This document shows positions 11,200-24,041 of a stretch of DNA of 64,000 bases, piece by piece; within the stretch, counting starts at the first letter, position 1, and each line of letters starts with the position of its first letter. The stretch comes from Somniosus microcephalus (taxonomy: Eukaryota). Below the pieces are notes generated by a model that was given only the letters and a program-made list of their open reading frames with translations, had not been told where the DNA came from and ran no database searches. The position numbers and the translations under genes are program-made. Where the stretch lies: the NCBI GenBank assembly GCA_052327205.1, contig CM126223.1:40362001-40426000 (forward strand). The letters are read 5' to 3'.

Positions 11200-12500
11200 A
11201 ACCACTCCACCTCCTGCTCACTTAGTCTCCTGCCATCCTAGCTCTTGACCATCCAGTTTCACTTCCTCAACCCCCAACCTAGCCTTCATCTAGCACTTAC
11301 CCGCTTCCTTCAAACTATTGTTATCATTCCACTCCTCAAGAAACGCACCTTAAACCCATCTTCTCTCTTTAACTATGGCCTATCTCAAACCTTCCCTTCC
11401 TCTCCAAAACCCCGGATCGTGTTATTGCAACTACACTTCTTATTTGAATCCTATTCAAGTTTAGCAAGAGGCCAATATTGGCTTCCACCCCATCCACACT
11501 ACTAAAACTGCACTGATCGAATCACATCCTGTGCAATTGTGACTGTGACTCCCTGTTCCTCGTAATCCTCCTCCTTCTCTCTGCTGCCTTCAACACAATT
11601 GTCCACTCCAAACTTCTCCAATGTAGTCTCGTGCTTCTGCCTTTACCTGATTTGAAACGGGCATGACGTTGTTGCCAATGGCTACTGCTCCTCTGCTTGC
11701 AGTTACCTCCTGTGTAAAGAGGTCCACTCCTCGTCACTATATCTATATAAAATTATCTGGAAACAGGGGGGTCAGCTTCCTTATGACACCCAGATCTATT
11801 TCATTGCGCCCTCTAGTGACCCAAAGTTTATTGCCACAATTTCAAATTATTTGATTGATACCAACACCACAATTTCCTCCAGCTGAATGCTGGCGAACCT
11901 GAGACCATCTTCTTCGGCTCCTGTCAACGCCTCTGAACCTCTGATTTTGCATCCATCAACCCCCCCAGTTTTTAAAAAATTCATTCACAGGATGTGGGCG
12001 TTACGGGCAATGCCAGAACTTATTGCCCTTTGATACAACTAAGTGGCTTGCGGGGCCATTTCAGAGGGCAGTTAAGAGTCAACCATGTTGCTGCCAGTCT
12101 GGAGTCACATATAGGCCAGCTGATTTCCTTTCTTAAAGGATATTAGTGAACCAGATGGGGTTTTACGACAATCCAGTAGTTCCATGGTTATACAGCATTT
12201 TATTCCAGATTTATTTGATTAACTGAATTTAAATTCCCCAGCTGGCGTGGTGGGATTTGAACTCATGTCTAAGGATCAGTACTCCGGTAACGTAACCACT
12301 ATGCTACCGTACCCGTTGCCATCTCTAGCTGACTCAGGAAGCACAGAGCCTTGCGTTCTTCCTCAATCCTGACCTCAGCTTCCTCCCACACATCCGCTCC
12401 ATTACCAAAGCTGCTTTCTTCCAGCTCCACAACATTGGCCAGCTTTGACCATATCTTTCCCTTCTGCTGCCAATATCCATGCCTTCATCAACAATATCAA
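11200..12500 (+). mobile_element. Degenerate L2 LINE RT fragment, interrupted by a SINE
   Basis: IIPLLKKRTLNPSSLFNY, a match to the L2 RT motif (V/I)PLLKKxxLDPxxLxNYRP. Confidence 0.65.
11972..12314 (-). mobile_element. tRNA-headed SINE whose 3' tail matches the LINE at 57965-59170
   Basis: Minus strand starts GGTAGCATAGTGGTTA (A box) with GAGTTCAAATCCC (B box). Tail GGATGTGGGC..GGCAA..GCC..TTATTGCCC resembles 57988-58030. A second copy at about 50000-50180 + 51151-51245 is split by a Harbinger element. Confidence 0.65.
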
Positions 12501-13049
12501 CGCCTTGGGCCCAAAACTCCTGTGGTGCCGCTCCGCTAACATAACTGTGGCGGAGCGGAACCCCCACCTGTTCTAGCCCCAAGCCAAACACCCTTTTGCC
12601 CTTTATGCTCTCCATAGGCCTTAGCGGAACTCACACCATCTGAGCGTTGCCCTGAGTCCTGTTGAGGCCTGTAAAACAATCCCAGACTTTTACCAGGGAA
12701 AGGTAATCAATCCTTCCCCAAGAGGCCCACTTACTCCACTGGGAGTCGTAAACAGAAGAGCATAGTTTTCTTCAGGCCCCCCTCTCTGAAATCAGAGTGA
12801 CATGTCACCACTTCGACATTCCGCTGGTGGTTTGGGACGATATACCCACTCCAGCCACGCAGCTGACCCTATCCCTAAGATTTGGGACAGGGTAGCTTGG
12901 TAACTCTCCCAGACACACCCCCGTGATGTGGGGCAGAATCCTTGCGGAACCGGGTTCAGCCCCATTTACCGATTCCCAGTCCAGAGATCCACCAGAATTC
13001 TGCTTGGCCCTAATTGAGATTTTAAGGCCCGTAAATTTATATAGTGCCC

Positions 13050-14150
13050 CTAAAGTAGAAAGCATCCAAAGCGCTTCATAGATGGAGATTGGGAATGAAC
13101 ATTGAGGCAGAAAGTGAGTGATTAGGAGATGGGGTAGAAAGCTTGGCTGAAGAGATGTGTTTTGCGAAGACTTTTACAAGTGAAAAGAGAGGACGAGAGG
13201 TGAAGAGATCTAGGGAGAGAGTTCAGAGAACAGGGTGGATGTGACAAGGCTCCACCACCAATTGTGGAGAAAGAAAATGGTGGAGTTAAAAGGTCAGAAT
13301 CAGAGGAATGGGCTGTTTGGGAGGGATTATAGAACTGGAGGAGCTTCCAGAAATAGGTTGAGGCAGGAACTTATAAACAAGGATGGGGATTTTCCATTTA
13401 ATATGTTGGGGAAGGGGAGACAGTGGAGATCAGTGATGGTGAATTAAAGGGGAGGGGAACTGAGAGTTTAGTTTGCAACATGACAAGAGTAGTAAAGGGT
13501 TTATGAGGAGAAAAGAGTGGGAGGCCAATGAGAGTACATTAATAGGAAAGGGATACTGTGGACACTAAGCATGGGGAACGGGAGGGGAATTGAGAGCCTA
13601 GGATGGGGAACCAAAGGCACAGTGGAAGAGAAGGGAAATGTTAGAGAGGTCGAGTTGGTACCCTGAAGCTTACACTGAGTTTGCGGATGATATCACTAAG
13701 GGGCAGCACATATATCAGGACGAGAAGGGACCAAATATAGAGCCTTGGGGGATTCCAAAGGTGATAGTGCACAAAAGGGACGAGAAGCCATTTCTGGAGA
13801 TGCACTTACTGTGTTCAGGTACGTAGGAATAGAGCCAAGCATGAGCTGTCCCACAGAGCTGAACAACAGAGCAGAAGTGTTGGAGGAGAAAGGCGTGGTC
13901 AGCTGTGTTAAATAACGCAGATAGGTCCATGAAGACAAGGATGGATAAAGATAACTACAGATTATGTCATTTAAAACTTTGCCGAGGACTATTTTGGCAC
14001 TGTAACAAAGGTGGAAGCCTGATTGGAAGGAACAGGGAGTTTAGGGCAAAGGTGAGCACAGAGCTGTGAGGTGGAAATACACTTAGGAACCTTGGAGAGA
14101 AAAGGCAAGGTTTAAAATGGACAGACGGACCAAGAGTGTTTTTTTAAGAG
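13050..14150 (-). mobile_element. Degenerate L2 LINE RT and 3' end
   Basis: MDLSALFNTADH...GIPQGSIFGP in ORF 13715-13930, within a purine-rich + strand typical of antisense L2. Confidence 0.75.
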
Positions 14151-15429
14151 AGGTAGCATATAGAGAATCCCAGAGTTCACCCTCCGCTTACCCCTCGCTC
14201 CACTCATTGAGCCACTATGCCCTATGCTCTGGAAATCTCTATGCCTTGCCACTTCTCTCCCTGCTTTCATAAACATCCTCAAAACCTTCCTGTTCCTTGG
14301 GTTTCCCATCCTAGACTTTCAATTCCCCTCCCCTTTCCCCATGCTCAGTGCCCAAGGCATCTCTTCTTCCTTATTTTAAGAGGTTCCATACATATTTTTG
14401 CGTGTGATTTGCAGTGTATTAATGCAAATTATTGTTGTTGTTTTGGAAACTTATTAACAACTGATAGTCTGATACAGTTCAACCTTGATTCCTCTGCATG
14501 CTTAATTAGCTTAAAGTCTGTTATTGCGCAGGACAGGGCCATCTCAGAGCTGATGTAATGCTGAACACTCAGATAACAATTCTGCTGAATTGTAAATCTG
14601 ACAACACTAGAAATTAAACAATGGCTAGAAGCCCATATCAACTTCACTCCGTTAGACAATATAACTTGCACAATATAGCAGAACCCTTTCATAAAATGTT
14701 TTGGTGTCCTTTATAACAGGTTTTGGACCATAAACTGAGGGAATACCTTGAGAAAACATCTTGGAGAGATAGAAACTGCAGGATAGAAGCATGAACTCCC
14801 ACCAAAAATGGGTTTTGTGAAATCAGATTTCAAAATAGGTTTGAGGAATTGCTAAGCATATGAGAGAGATCATAGGACTGCCTCTCCTTGGATTGTGTCT
14901 GAGACAGTGGAAATGGGCTGTGCCTTTATATCCAATGTCTATGTAATCTATAGGCTTTTAAAACTCATGCTTGGTGTCGCTTAACAATGACTTCTTGACT
15001 TCTCTCATCATTTTCCCTACCTTTTTCAACCTTTTATTGGTGTCCTACACAATGGGCTTGACCCTTCAACTAGATTTCTCAGTTGAAAGAAAACTAATAC
15101 TATGCATAAAGCCAATTGCACTTTTCTGTATATTAATCTTTAGATGCAATTGTCTTGTACTGTTTATAATAACTTTTTAGCTGTATTATTCTTGATCACC
15201 TTCATAGCATCTGTATGAATGAAGAACTTTTGGAAGAAGTTGCATTGGAAAGAAGGGTCTGCTTGCAATGCAATTTCTTGATGTACTTTTCAAATCATGC
15301 CTTAACTACCACCATTAAAAATCATTCACTGTCAGACCAGTGTGAATGATGACTGTTGTGCAAATCTCACTTACTCTTAGTGATTTTCTGCAAAAAATAT
15401 AACCTAATCTGTGAGTCACACTATATAAC

Positions 15430-15760
15430 TTTTTTTTACAGTAAGTAGCAAAGCCATACAGACCAGGAAGATCCCAGTGTCAGTGTTGAGTTAGCTGATT
15501 TCAGAGGCACTATAATTGGCTTCAACTCTCCTGGGTTATGGAGGGTAAAAATCGGTTTCAAGTTCCTGCTCCTAATCCCAATCTAGCAATCGCTGCTGGA
15601 AATGTCGGAGTTGGTTGAAGACAGGATTAAGCTCAGCCGTGATGGCCTCGTGTCCACATAGTCTGCCACTCCCTGTCAAAGCTCAGACATGAATAATGTT
15701 ACTAGGGCAAGGTACCAGAGGGCAACTGGCACCTGTGGAACAGTACCTGAGAAAGAAGTA
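15430..15760 (+). mobile_element. AmnSINE2-like SINE (tentative name). Other copies at about 17540-17820 +, 37130-37530 -, 38480-38668 + 39250-39492 -, and 48440-48810 +
   Basis: Shared core GCCATACAGACCAGGAAG..TGAGTTAGCTGAT..CAG..ACAATT..CCCTGCTGGAAA..GAGGACAGGA recurs in several diverged copies. Confidence 0.55.
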
Positions 15761-16362
15761 AATATCTCAAGAAGGGAAAGGAGGGGAAGTGAGGAGGGGA
15801 GAAATTGGCAAGGAAAGAAAGAAAGAAAATAATTATATTTGTTGTGGTGAGTTTTGCTCAAAAATAATGGTTTGGCCATGGTAACACCACACAGGAGACA
15901 TGGTTATGAGGGGATGAGTTGAAAAGGACTAGATAAAACCAAAGTCTAAAAGTTGCAAAAAAGGCAGCAGTGGATAAAATATGAGGGAAAAATTGAAAGC
16001 AAGGAGACCAGAGAAATACTGAGATTAAACAGCAAATAAGTGTGGGGTGAATCCGGGGGGAAGGAAAGCTGCTACGGAAAACCCGCCCACTTTAAAATTG
16101 TCTTCTCTGAGTATGGCATTTCTATTTATTACACTATCTTTATCCTTGTGGCTTCTTATGATGACACTGAAGAATTTATATCAATGCGCCTAACTCATGT
16201 CCTCTGAATTCAATAAACTTTATTAACATAGAAGGGACAGTTATACTTATCAACACAGCTTCTCTCTATCTCCTTGCTTGCTGTTGTTTTAAGACCAAGA
16301 AACAAACCTTTCAAATCGTATGTATCCCTTATGTGGCTCGGTGTCAAACTTTTCGTCTTATA

Positions 16363-16806
16363 GTGTCAGCTGTGGCTCAGTTGGTAACACACTCACCTTT
16401 GAGTCAGAAGGTTGTGGGTTCATGTCCCACTCCAGAGACTTGAGCACATAAATCTAGGCGGGTACTCCAGTGCAGTGCTGAGGGAATGTCTTTCGGATGA
16501 GACATTAAACCAAGGCCCCGTGTGCCCTCTCAGGTGGACGTAAAAGATCCCACGGCACTATTTCAAAGAAGAGCAGGGGAGTTATCTCTGATGTCCTGGC
16601 CAATATTTCTCCCATAACCAAAAACAGATTATCTGGTCACTATCACATTGCTGTTGGTGAGACCTTGCTGTGCACAAATTGGCTGCCGCATTTCCCACAA
16701 TTACAACAGTGACTACACTCCAAAAGTACTTCATTAGCTGTAAAACGCTTTGAGACGTCTGGTGGTCGTGAAAGGCGCTATATAAATGCAAGTCTTTCTT
16801 TCTTTC
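16363..16806 (+). mobile_element. SacSINE1/DeuSINE-like tRNA-derived SINE inserted in an L2 3' end
   Basis: GTGGCTCAGTTGGTA A box, GGGTTCA B box, core GGATGAGAC(A/G)TTAAACC(A/G)AGGCCCCG and L2-like tail AAAGGCGCTATATAAATGCAAGT. Confidence 0.85.
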
Positions 16807-19149
16807 TATAATACTCTTGTGAAGTACCTTGGGACATTTAACTACATTAAAGGCACTATATAAATACAAGTTGTTGTTGTTGTATCCTGTGTTGGCCATT
16901 GATTTAGCTTTTTAAGTGACTTTTGTGTGTTTTGTTGTAAAATTCTTCTGTTCTATTCAATCATTTTATAATCGGTCTCACTGTCAGTTACTCCTAAAAT
17001 CTCATGGGGCAATGATTTCACTCAACAATTATGGAGCGCATGATTGTGAATCGGACTTATTCAGTGTTTAGTTATTTAGTCTCATTTAATTAGATCTTAT
17101 GTACAATTTAATTAAATCTGCTCAGCTGTTAAAAATGCTTATGTTTTATTTTTTACATTATTAAAAGTCATACGCATTGTGTTGTAGCAGTTTTCCCAGA
17201 TGGCAAAACATTTTGCATTTTTGAATACTGAAAGTTGTTATTTTAGCTGGGTTGCTTCTAGTTTTCTCCTCACTCTCTGATGCAGCATTTCAAAAGTTCC
17301 AGGATCAGTTAAGCTCAGCCTGGAGCCTGACCAAAGGCCTTGAGCCTGTCTGAAAGCAGCCAATCTGACCATCCCCCATTCTCACTCAGATAGAGCGCTG
17401 TGAAAAAGAATAACGTGCTCTTTTACCAAATGCCCTCCTTTGTTAATCCTTTCCTGGATTTAAATGTTTTCGGTTTTGTTTCTTTCTTGTAAACCTCTAA
17501 CCCACTTGCTTTGTTTATTTTTAATCCACTTTCTGCGATGACTCTGCTGTTAAAACCAGTGTATAACTGAGCTCTACAGACCAGAAAGTACCCAGATTTG
17601 ATTCCCCATCTGTGCTGAATTAGCTGATTTCAGTTGGAGTGGCAGTAGGAGAGCTACAATTAGTTTCGACGTCCTTGAGTTATGGAGGAGAAAATCAGAG
17701 CGGGGTGATGCCGATTACTATCTGGTTACCCCTGCTGGAAAATAAGCACGTCTGGATAGTAGGTGAGGACAGGACTGGACTCAGCTGTGATGCCCGATGT
17801 GCTTTAATAACCTAGGAACTCATAAGGGGAGATGTTCCTGTGGTCAGTGCAGTGTCCAGGCACGCTGGATCACCTGGATGCTGTGGATATCAGAAAATCT
17901 GGCAGGTGAGAGAGCAAGAACCTACCCCCAAATTTTCCCCACTTAAATGAATGGAAGGGAAATCGGACCGCTTCTTTTACAGGCTTGCGTTCCAATCCAG
18001 CCAATCTTTCTGATGTTCACGATGCCCAGATGATCCTGTGCACCCATGCACTTGTGCAGACCCAGCAAAATCGTACTATCTAGGCTCATACACGATGAAC
18101 GGCTATTTGGGTGGGGTGCTGGAGAGCGTCTGCTGCCTTTGGAACGGTATCCTAGCAGACGTCACGGCCTTTAGGGGAGGTGGGAGGGGAGAACAAAATA
18201 ACAGCTCTGAACTTTGGCGTTGCGATGCCACCATTTGTCAAATCTATAACTTTTCACTCTTTGTTAAACATTCCATTTTTAATAAATGCGCTGCCTTATT
18301 TTAGTGTATAAAGGAGTGAAATAATAACAGCGATATATGCATTCCTAATTTTAATGAAAACATATTGAATAGAATCTTACAACATAGAAGGGGGCCATTT
18401 GGCCCATCGTGCCTGTGCCAGAAACAACTCTCCAATTTAGTCCCACATCCCAGCCTTTTCACCATAACCCTGCAAATTAGTCCTCTTCAAACACAAGTTA
18501 AATTATTGCAGCCGATGATCAACGGCTAATCAGTGGCACCGATAAAGACCCAGAATATCTGTGGGAGTGTGATCCTGGCAGCTACCTCGTGATGGTACCC
18601 ATCGCAAAACTCTGCCGTTGTACTCTGCCGAATTTAGGGGGTCAGTGGAGGGGCCTTTGGAGGTTTGGGAGTGCTGCTGTGGTGCCCCCCCAGAAATTCC
18701 GTCATAAGCTGGTCGGCTGGAAGGAAAGTGTCGGATCCCCGCATCCCCCGGGAAGAGGAATCTGGCTGGTCCCATGTCCTCTTGTGTCAAGGAGCTACTT
18801 TAAAGTTTAAAAAGAAAATGCCCCTCCCTCCAGAGCTTTGACCTGATCCCCAGTGGGCCCCAATTTTGTCGCTATTGGATAATTATGCCCGGAAAGTGAT
18901 GCTGGGTCCTGACTGAGGGCCTAGTTGCAGGAACTCCTGACTTAGGGAGTCCTCGTCCCTTTAAGTCAATGACCTGGTTGGGGCAGGAGGAGACTCTGAC
19001 CCCACAAGGCTCAGCAGGAAACTTGCACTTAAGGCTGGGACCCTTGTAACCAGGTCCCAGCCGAGATTGCAGCCATTCTGGTAGCGCTCCACTGGAACAG
19101 CCGCACAATTTCAAGGCAAACTTGTTCTCACCTCATCCCACAGCATTGT

Positions 19150-19440
19150 CCGGGGCAACAAACACCCTTCCGTCTGATACAAAGTATTATATTCGCTGCT
19201 CACAGTGGAAAAACTAAACAGAGATTGGGTGATTGCTTTGCTGTTCATCTCCTTTTTATCCATGAATGCGATCCTGACCTTTCTGTCGTCTGTTACTTTA
19301 ACTTTCCCTCACACTCCCACTCCAACTTTGTCCTCTTACACTGTTGAACCAAGTTCAGCACAAGCTTTAGTAACAATATCTTACCTTTCTCCTTGGCACT
19401 TGGCAGCTCTCTGGTCCGACAATAACCTTAGTAACTTCAG
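19150..19440 (+). mobile_element. Degenerate Penelope GIY-YIG endonuclease remnant (its degenerate pLTR is at about 20300-20410)
   Basis: Frameshifted IRCSQ..KTKQRLGDCFAVHL, and FPHTPTP/CACTCCCACTCC homologous to 39200-39240 (-). Confidence 0.5.
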
Positions 19441-20012
19441 TCCTTTGCTATATTTGGACCCACTTTTTATTTACAGCAGGGGACACTGGAGATATGGGTT
19501 GGGTCTGTTGGTGTCCGGGGTCGGGGGGGAGAGGTGGGTTGTTGTTTTACATGTAGACCCTTTATCAGAACACAGCTTTGGTGGGGGATGATTCTGTAGC
19601 TCGGTGTGGACTCGTTTTTTCTCTCTTTTTGAGACTGGTGGACCTACTGTGAGTTCTATCATTTTCTGTTTTCATTTCAGACCTCCTGCAATGTCACTAT
19701 TTTTCTTTCAGTTTCCCCCATTTTCTTTGTGTGGGCCTTTCCTGTGCTTTTCGCCATCGTGGCTGTTTGCACTTTCTTTTGTTCTTTGAATGTCTTCATT
19801 GCCTGACTGAGAAGATCTTTTATATCATCTAACATTTCCCTGCTTTTCTATTAAGTAGTTTGCAGGTCATTCAACACATTAAATTCTTCTCAGTGACAAA
19901 GCGGATAGATGGAGTTAAGATACAGATCAGCCATGGTCTAATTGAGTGGCGGAACAGGCTCGAGGGGCTGACTGGCCTACTCCTGTTCTTATGTTCTTAT
20001 GACTAGAGCATC

Positions 20013-20230
20013 TGTGTCCTGGCCAATATTTATCCCTCAACCAACACTTAAAAACAGATTATATGGTCATTATCTCATTGCTGTTTGTGGGAGCTTGCTG
20101 TGCGATAATTGGCTGCCGTGTTTCCTATGTTACAACAGTGACTGGGTCTATATGTAAAACAACAACCCACCTCTCCTCCCCCTGGTTGTAAAGCGCTTTG
20201 GGATGTCCTGAGGTTGTGAAAGGCGCTACA
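20013..20230 (+). mobile_element. SacSINE1-like SINE 3' part
   Basis: GTCCTGGCCAATATTTATCCCTCAA...GTGAAAGGCGCTA. Confidence 0.75.
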
Positions 20231-21109
20231 TAATCTTTAATCTGTTGTTTCTTCCCCTTCCTTTTTTCCAACTGAACCCTAAAATGCTTGCTTATCTTTA
20301 GTTTTTTTAAATCTGACAAAGGATTACACACTAAACGATTTTTCTGTTTCCTCTTTACAAATACTGATTGGCCTGCTGTGTATTGTTAGCATTTTCCATT
20401 TTTTGTAAGTGTTTTATATTTGTGTTATTGTTACTAAAACTTATTGAACTGTTTGGCATTAGGATATGTTACTAAGCATATGTAAAAACATACATTTTCA
20501 CAACAAATATCTCAACAATATAACATTTCCTCAGTTTTATTCTTCATTTTCAGTTCATCGTACATACAAAGTTTCATCGAAAGTTACAGAAGCTCACAAG
20601 CAATGCTCATTCCTTTTGTATAATTTAGTATTGTACAGCATGCTAAAATGTCTAATATATTCTGGTCGATAAGGAGTCATACGCTTCAATAATTGTCAGT
20701 GAGGCTTTAAAAGAAGGGGAAAAGTACCACAATTTATGTTTTTAAGAGATTGGGAAAACAAAGCTTTGAAAATACAGAGATTCACAGCTCTCTCTGCAGT
20801 CTGTATAACGTGGAGGAGGGGCAGTGTTGTTTTTGAAGCAATCAAGTAGAACTCAAAACTGAAATGCATCACCAAAGGGGTTTGGGAATGTTTTAAAAGC
20901 ATATGCGGGATAAAATAACCACTTTAAATTAACCAACGTGCTTGAAGCGGTAACATTTGGTAAGGCGATAATTATTGTATTTGCAGACGCACTTTGAAAC
21001 TGGGTGGGTTCTTTTTTATTTAAAAAAAAAATTTTTTTTTTTTTTGCACCGTGCCTCAGTTTCAGACAAAAATTTGGGACAATCAGCGAGAACGACCTTG
21101 TATTTCAGA

Positions 21110-21330
21110 ATTGCAACCCTGCCTCCTCCCTCCCAGCTCCGGTGGCACTGCGGCCGCTCCCCCCTGGTCATGCGCACTGCGGCTGGACTACAACTCCCAG
21201 CGCGCCCCGCGGCACCCCCTCCCCGGGCCGGGCATGCGCAGTGGGGGCCGGAGCGGCCGCTTGAGTGGCATGTTGTTTGTTACACTGTAACCAGCTGCCT
21301 TACCCGGGCGACAGCGGCTATTGCTGCTGG
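21110..21330 (+). promoter_or_regulatory. CpG-island promoter of CASTOR2 with ZNF143 (SBS) and NRF1-like motifs
   Basis: GACTACAACTCCCAGCGCGCCCCGCG at 21186-21211 fits the ACTACAnnTCCCA ZNF143 motif. CATGCGCA at 21169-21176 and GCATGCGCA at 21232-21240 are NRF1-like. CpG-rich and directly upstream of the coding exon. Confidence 0.75.
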
Positions 21331-21550
21331 GATCATCATTCTGCATGCTGATAGAGCGCTGCCTTTCACCACCCAACCTCCTCGCTTTCTCTAATCTCCC
21401 TGCCTCCTCCTCCTCCTCCCAAGGAACTTTAAAAAAAAACCCCACCATTATTTGCAGATCCAGTAGTGATCATTATAAAAGAAGGGAGGGGGCTGGGTGG
21501 GGGGTAGTAGTGGTGGTGGTCTTCTTCTTCTTGCAGGCTTTTCCAACTAG

Positions 21551-21594
21551 ATGGTCCACAAATGAGGAGGAAAAGATGGAGCTGCATATCTTAG
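21551..21594 (+). promoter_or_regulatory. Two upstream ORFs: MVHK* (21551-21565) and MRRKRWSCIS* (21562-21594, overlapping the main ATG out of frame)
   Basis: Read directly from ATGGTCCACAAATGAGGAGGAAAAGATGGAGCTGCATATCTTAG. Function is unproven. Confidence 0.5.
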
Positions 21595-21688
21595 AACACA
21601 GACTGAAAGTAGCAAGTATAGCCAAGGACGGCATCCAGCTGTTTACTCATGGATTAATAAAACTTGCTTTTCTGCCGTCAAAGACAAG
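21576..21688 (+). CDS. CASTOR2: CASTOR2 (GATSL2) first coding exon; GATOR2/mTORC1 regulator family
   Basis: MELHILEHRLKVASIAKDGIQLFTHGLIKLAFLPSKTR matches the CASTOR N-terminus and is closer to CASTOR2 than CASTOR1 as I recall them. Canonical donor AG|GTAAGT at 21688/21689, phase 2. Exon 2 (CKFFSLTETPEDY) was not found in the window. Confidence 0.88.
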
Positions 21689-24041
21689 GTAAGTGCAACA
21701 ATTTCCTCTTTTTTTTGTTGCACAAAAGAAAACTGAGACTCTTGCAGTCCTGCCTTTAAATCTGAAACTGCACCGGAGGAGAAAAACAAGAGTTGATGTC
21801 ATTGCTTGGACACGGGGGAGGGAGGGAGGGAGGAGAGGGGGGGCAGTGGGCTGGATAGAAGGTAGCATTGACTGGGACTGTTAAAAGACAAGTCACCCGG
21901 CTACTTAGCCGGGCCTAGTGCAACAGTCATTGTCAAAGCTGCATCTGCAGACGGATAGTGTGATTGAAACACAGCGGGGAAAGTGGAGTTAAAAATGAAC
22001 ACGCGAGGAAGGGGAAATTGGAAATGAAAACGGGGGTCAAAGCGATGTGGGGCTTTGGATTTGGGGGACCCGGAGTAGCCGCTGTTCCAGGGAAGCAAGC
22101 GGTGACTGAGCGAGAGGGCAGCAATATCCAGGCAGCGCCAGCCGGAGGAGCAGAATCTGCACTTGATTTCACCGAGAAAGGCAGCTCGCTCGCAGTGACA
22201 CCTGATCGCACACACCGGCTGGTTCATGTAGGACGACCCCCACCCCCCACAAAAAAATAATCACAAATCAGGGTTTCCAACCCCCCCCCCTCCCCTCCCC
22301 CCGCTGTAAAATCACGATGAATATTTATATACCCCTTTTTTTAAAGAAACAAAACAGACAATCCAATCTCCGGGTCTTGTTATCCAGGTTTGCTGGATGT
22401 GTAACGATCCCAGTTCGGAGTTTATCGCCTTTGTTTTAGCGCAGCGGCGGCAGCAGCAGATACTGTGGAAATCTCTAGTCTTTATTTTAATAACTTTCAG
22501 ACATTATGTGATATGAGCTGGGATTTAAGAGTGGGGCATTTTTTTCTGCTGATTTAAGCCTCCCCCACCCCCCCGGTCATAATCTGATATTTTAAAAATT
22601 GCACTTTTCTGTGAGCCATGCTCTCCGATTCTTTTTGAGAAATACCCTGGGTGCAGTTCTTATATACTGTGTTTTCTGACTTGCTCTCCGGCCGGGCTCC
22701 GTGTGGCGGAACAGCCCACGATTTATTGTGCTCTTTGCATGTTACTTTCAGAGCAGAAATGCAACGAAAGTTAATTCATCTTCATGACAACCTGGCCCCA
22801 GCCGGAAAGTTAAAATGACTACAAAAATAAACCCGTTCAGCGCCGCGGTACTCAATCTTACAGCAAAAGATTTTTTTTTTTTTAAATGAGCAGATTTGTT
22901 TAGTTTATACCCTGACGTGTTGTATACATTTGCCTAATCCTGCAACTATGGTATGCAACATTTTCAGAAGTTGTTGCTAGCTTCTCCCCTCCCCCCTGGC
23001 CGGTTGCGTTTGCAGAAATCAAGTCGATATTTTGCAAAAAAAACAGGCCAGGCTGACAATCCGGCATTGCTGGGCTTTGATTCATTGCAAGTGGCAGTCT
23101 GGTTTTTGTTATACTTTCTCACAGCGCGCACTTTGTAGTATGTAATGCAGCACAGTACAGCAGTGTAGAATAAAATAAATTAACATGCACCGACTGTACT
23201 GTATGTAACTGTCTTGGGTTGATATCTGCTGCAGTTAACTTAATCGGTTGAAAGCGGCATTATGCAGCTAATTAACTATACGCTTGCATACAAAATGCTT
23301 ATTGTTGGTTTGAAAAATAGATCACAGGAATAGGCAAGAACCCACGAGGGCACAACTATGGAGAAGTGTATGGCTGAGGCAAACTTGAGGCGGAAACCCA
23401 CTTTTTGTAATTACAGAAACTGAAGTAGACTAGAACAGGAGCAGAAGGGGCTTCCAGCATTGCAGCAGGACCAGGAGTCACACTGTCTATTGAAAGGTTG
23501 TGGAAAAGTACAACATGTAGAGCAGCAGGCAAGAGATTGGAGGGTTGTAATAAATAGGTAGTGGTGAGGGGGGTTGTAAATCTAGAGGAGGGGCTGAATA
23601 ATAATGGAAGGATTTTGGAAGGCGAGTTGACTGCGGATGATTTGTAATCCCTGGAAGAGGCACTACAGCTGTGCAGAAAGTATGGGAAATGGAATAATTG
23701 TATCAGAATGTAGAAATTGGAGAGGCTGGAGAAGACTGAAAGGACGAGTATTTTTGAGTTTAACTTTTTTTGGGACTTGGCAAACAGACAATGAAACAAT
23801 TTCTTCTTGGCTAATTAACACATTTCTAAACTTTTCAGCAAAGTAGGAAATGGATTTCTGTAGTGGAGGCATTGAAAATATAGAATGTTTTTGGAAAAAA
23901 GATTACTACACTTTTATCATTTGGTTAAAGCCACTTTTTTTTGCAGTGGCAACAAAGTAAAGTGCCTACATAATAGATGGAAGATAGAGGTCCAGTGAAA
24001 TGCAGGAGGATCAGATAGGGTGAGATGATTACAGTACTATA

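Noticed and set aside
12507-13030. MITE-like GC-rich segments with small hairpins (also about 17826-18070, 18540-19150 and 46820-46955)
   Set aside because: Probably old DNA-transposon derivatives, but I could not define TIRs or TSDs reliably enough to call them.
21901-22260. ORFs in the intronic part of the CpG island
   Set aside because: No homology or splice support. Expected by chance in GC-rich DNA.
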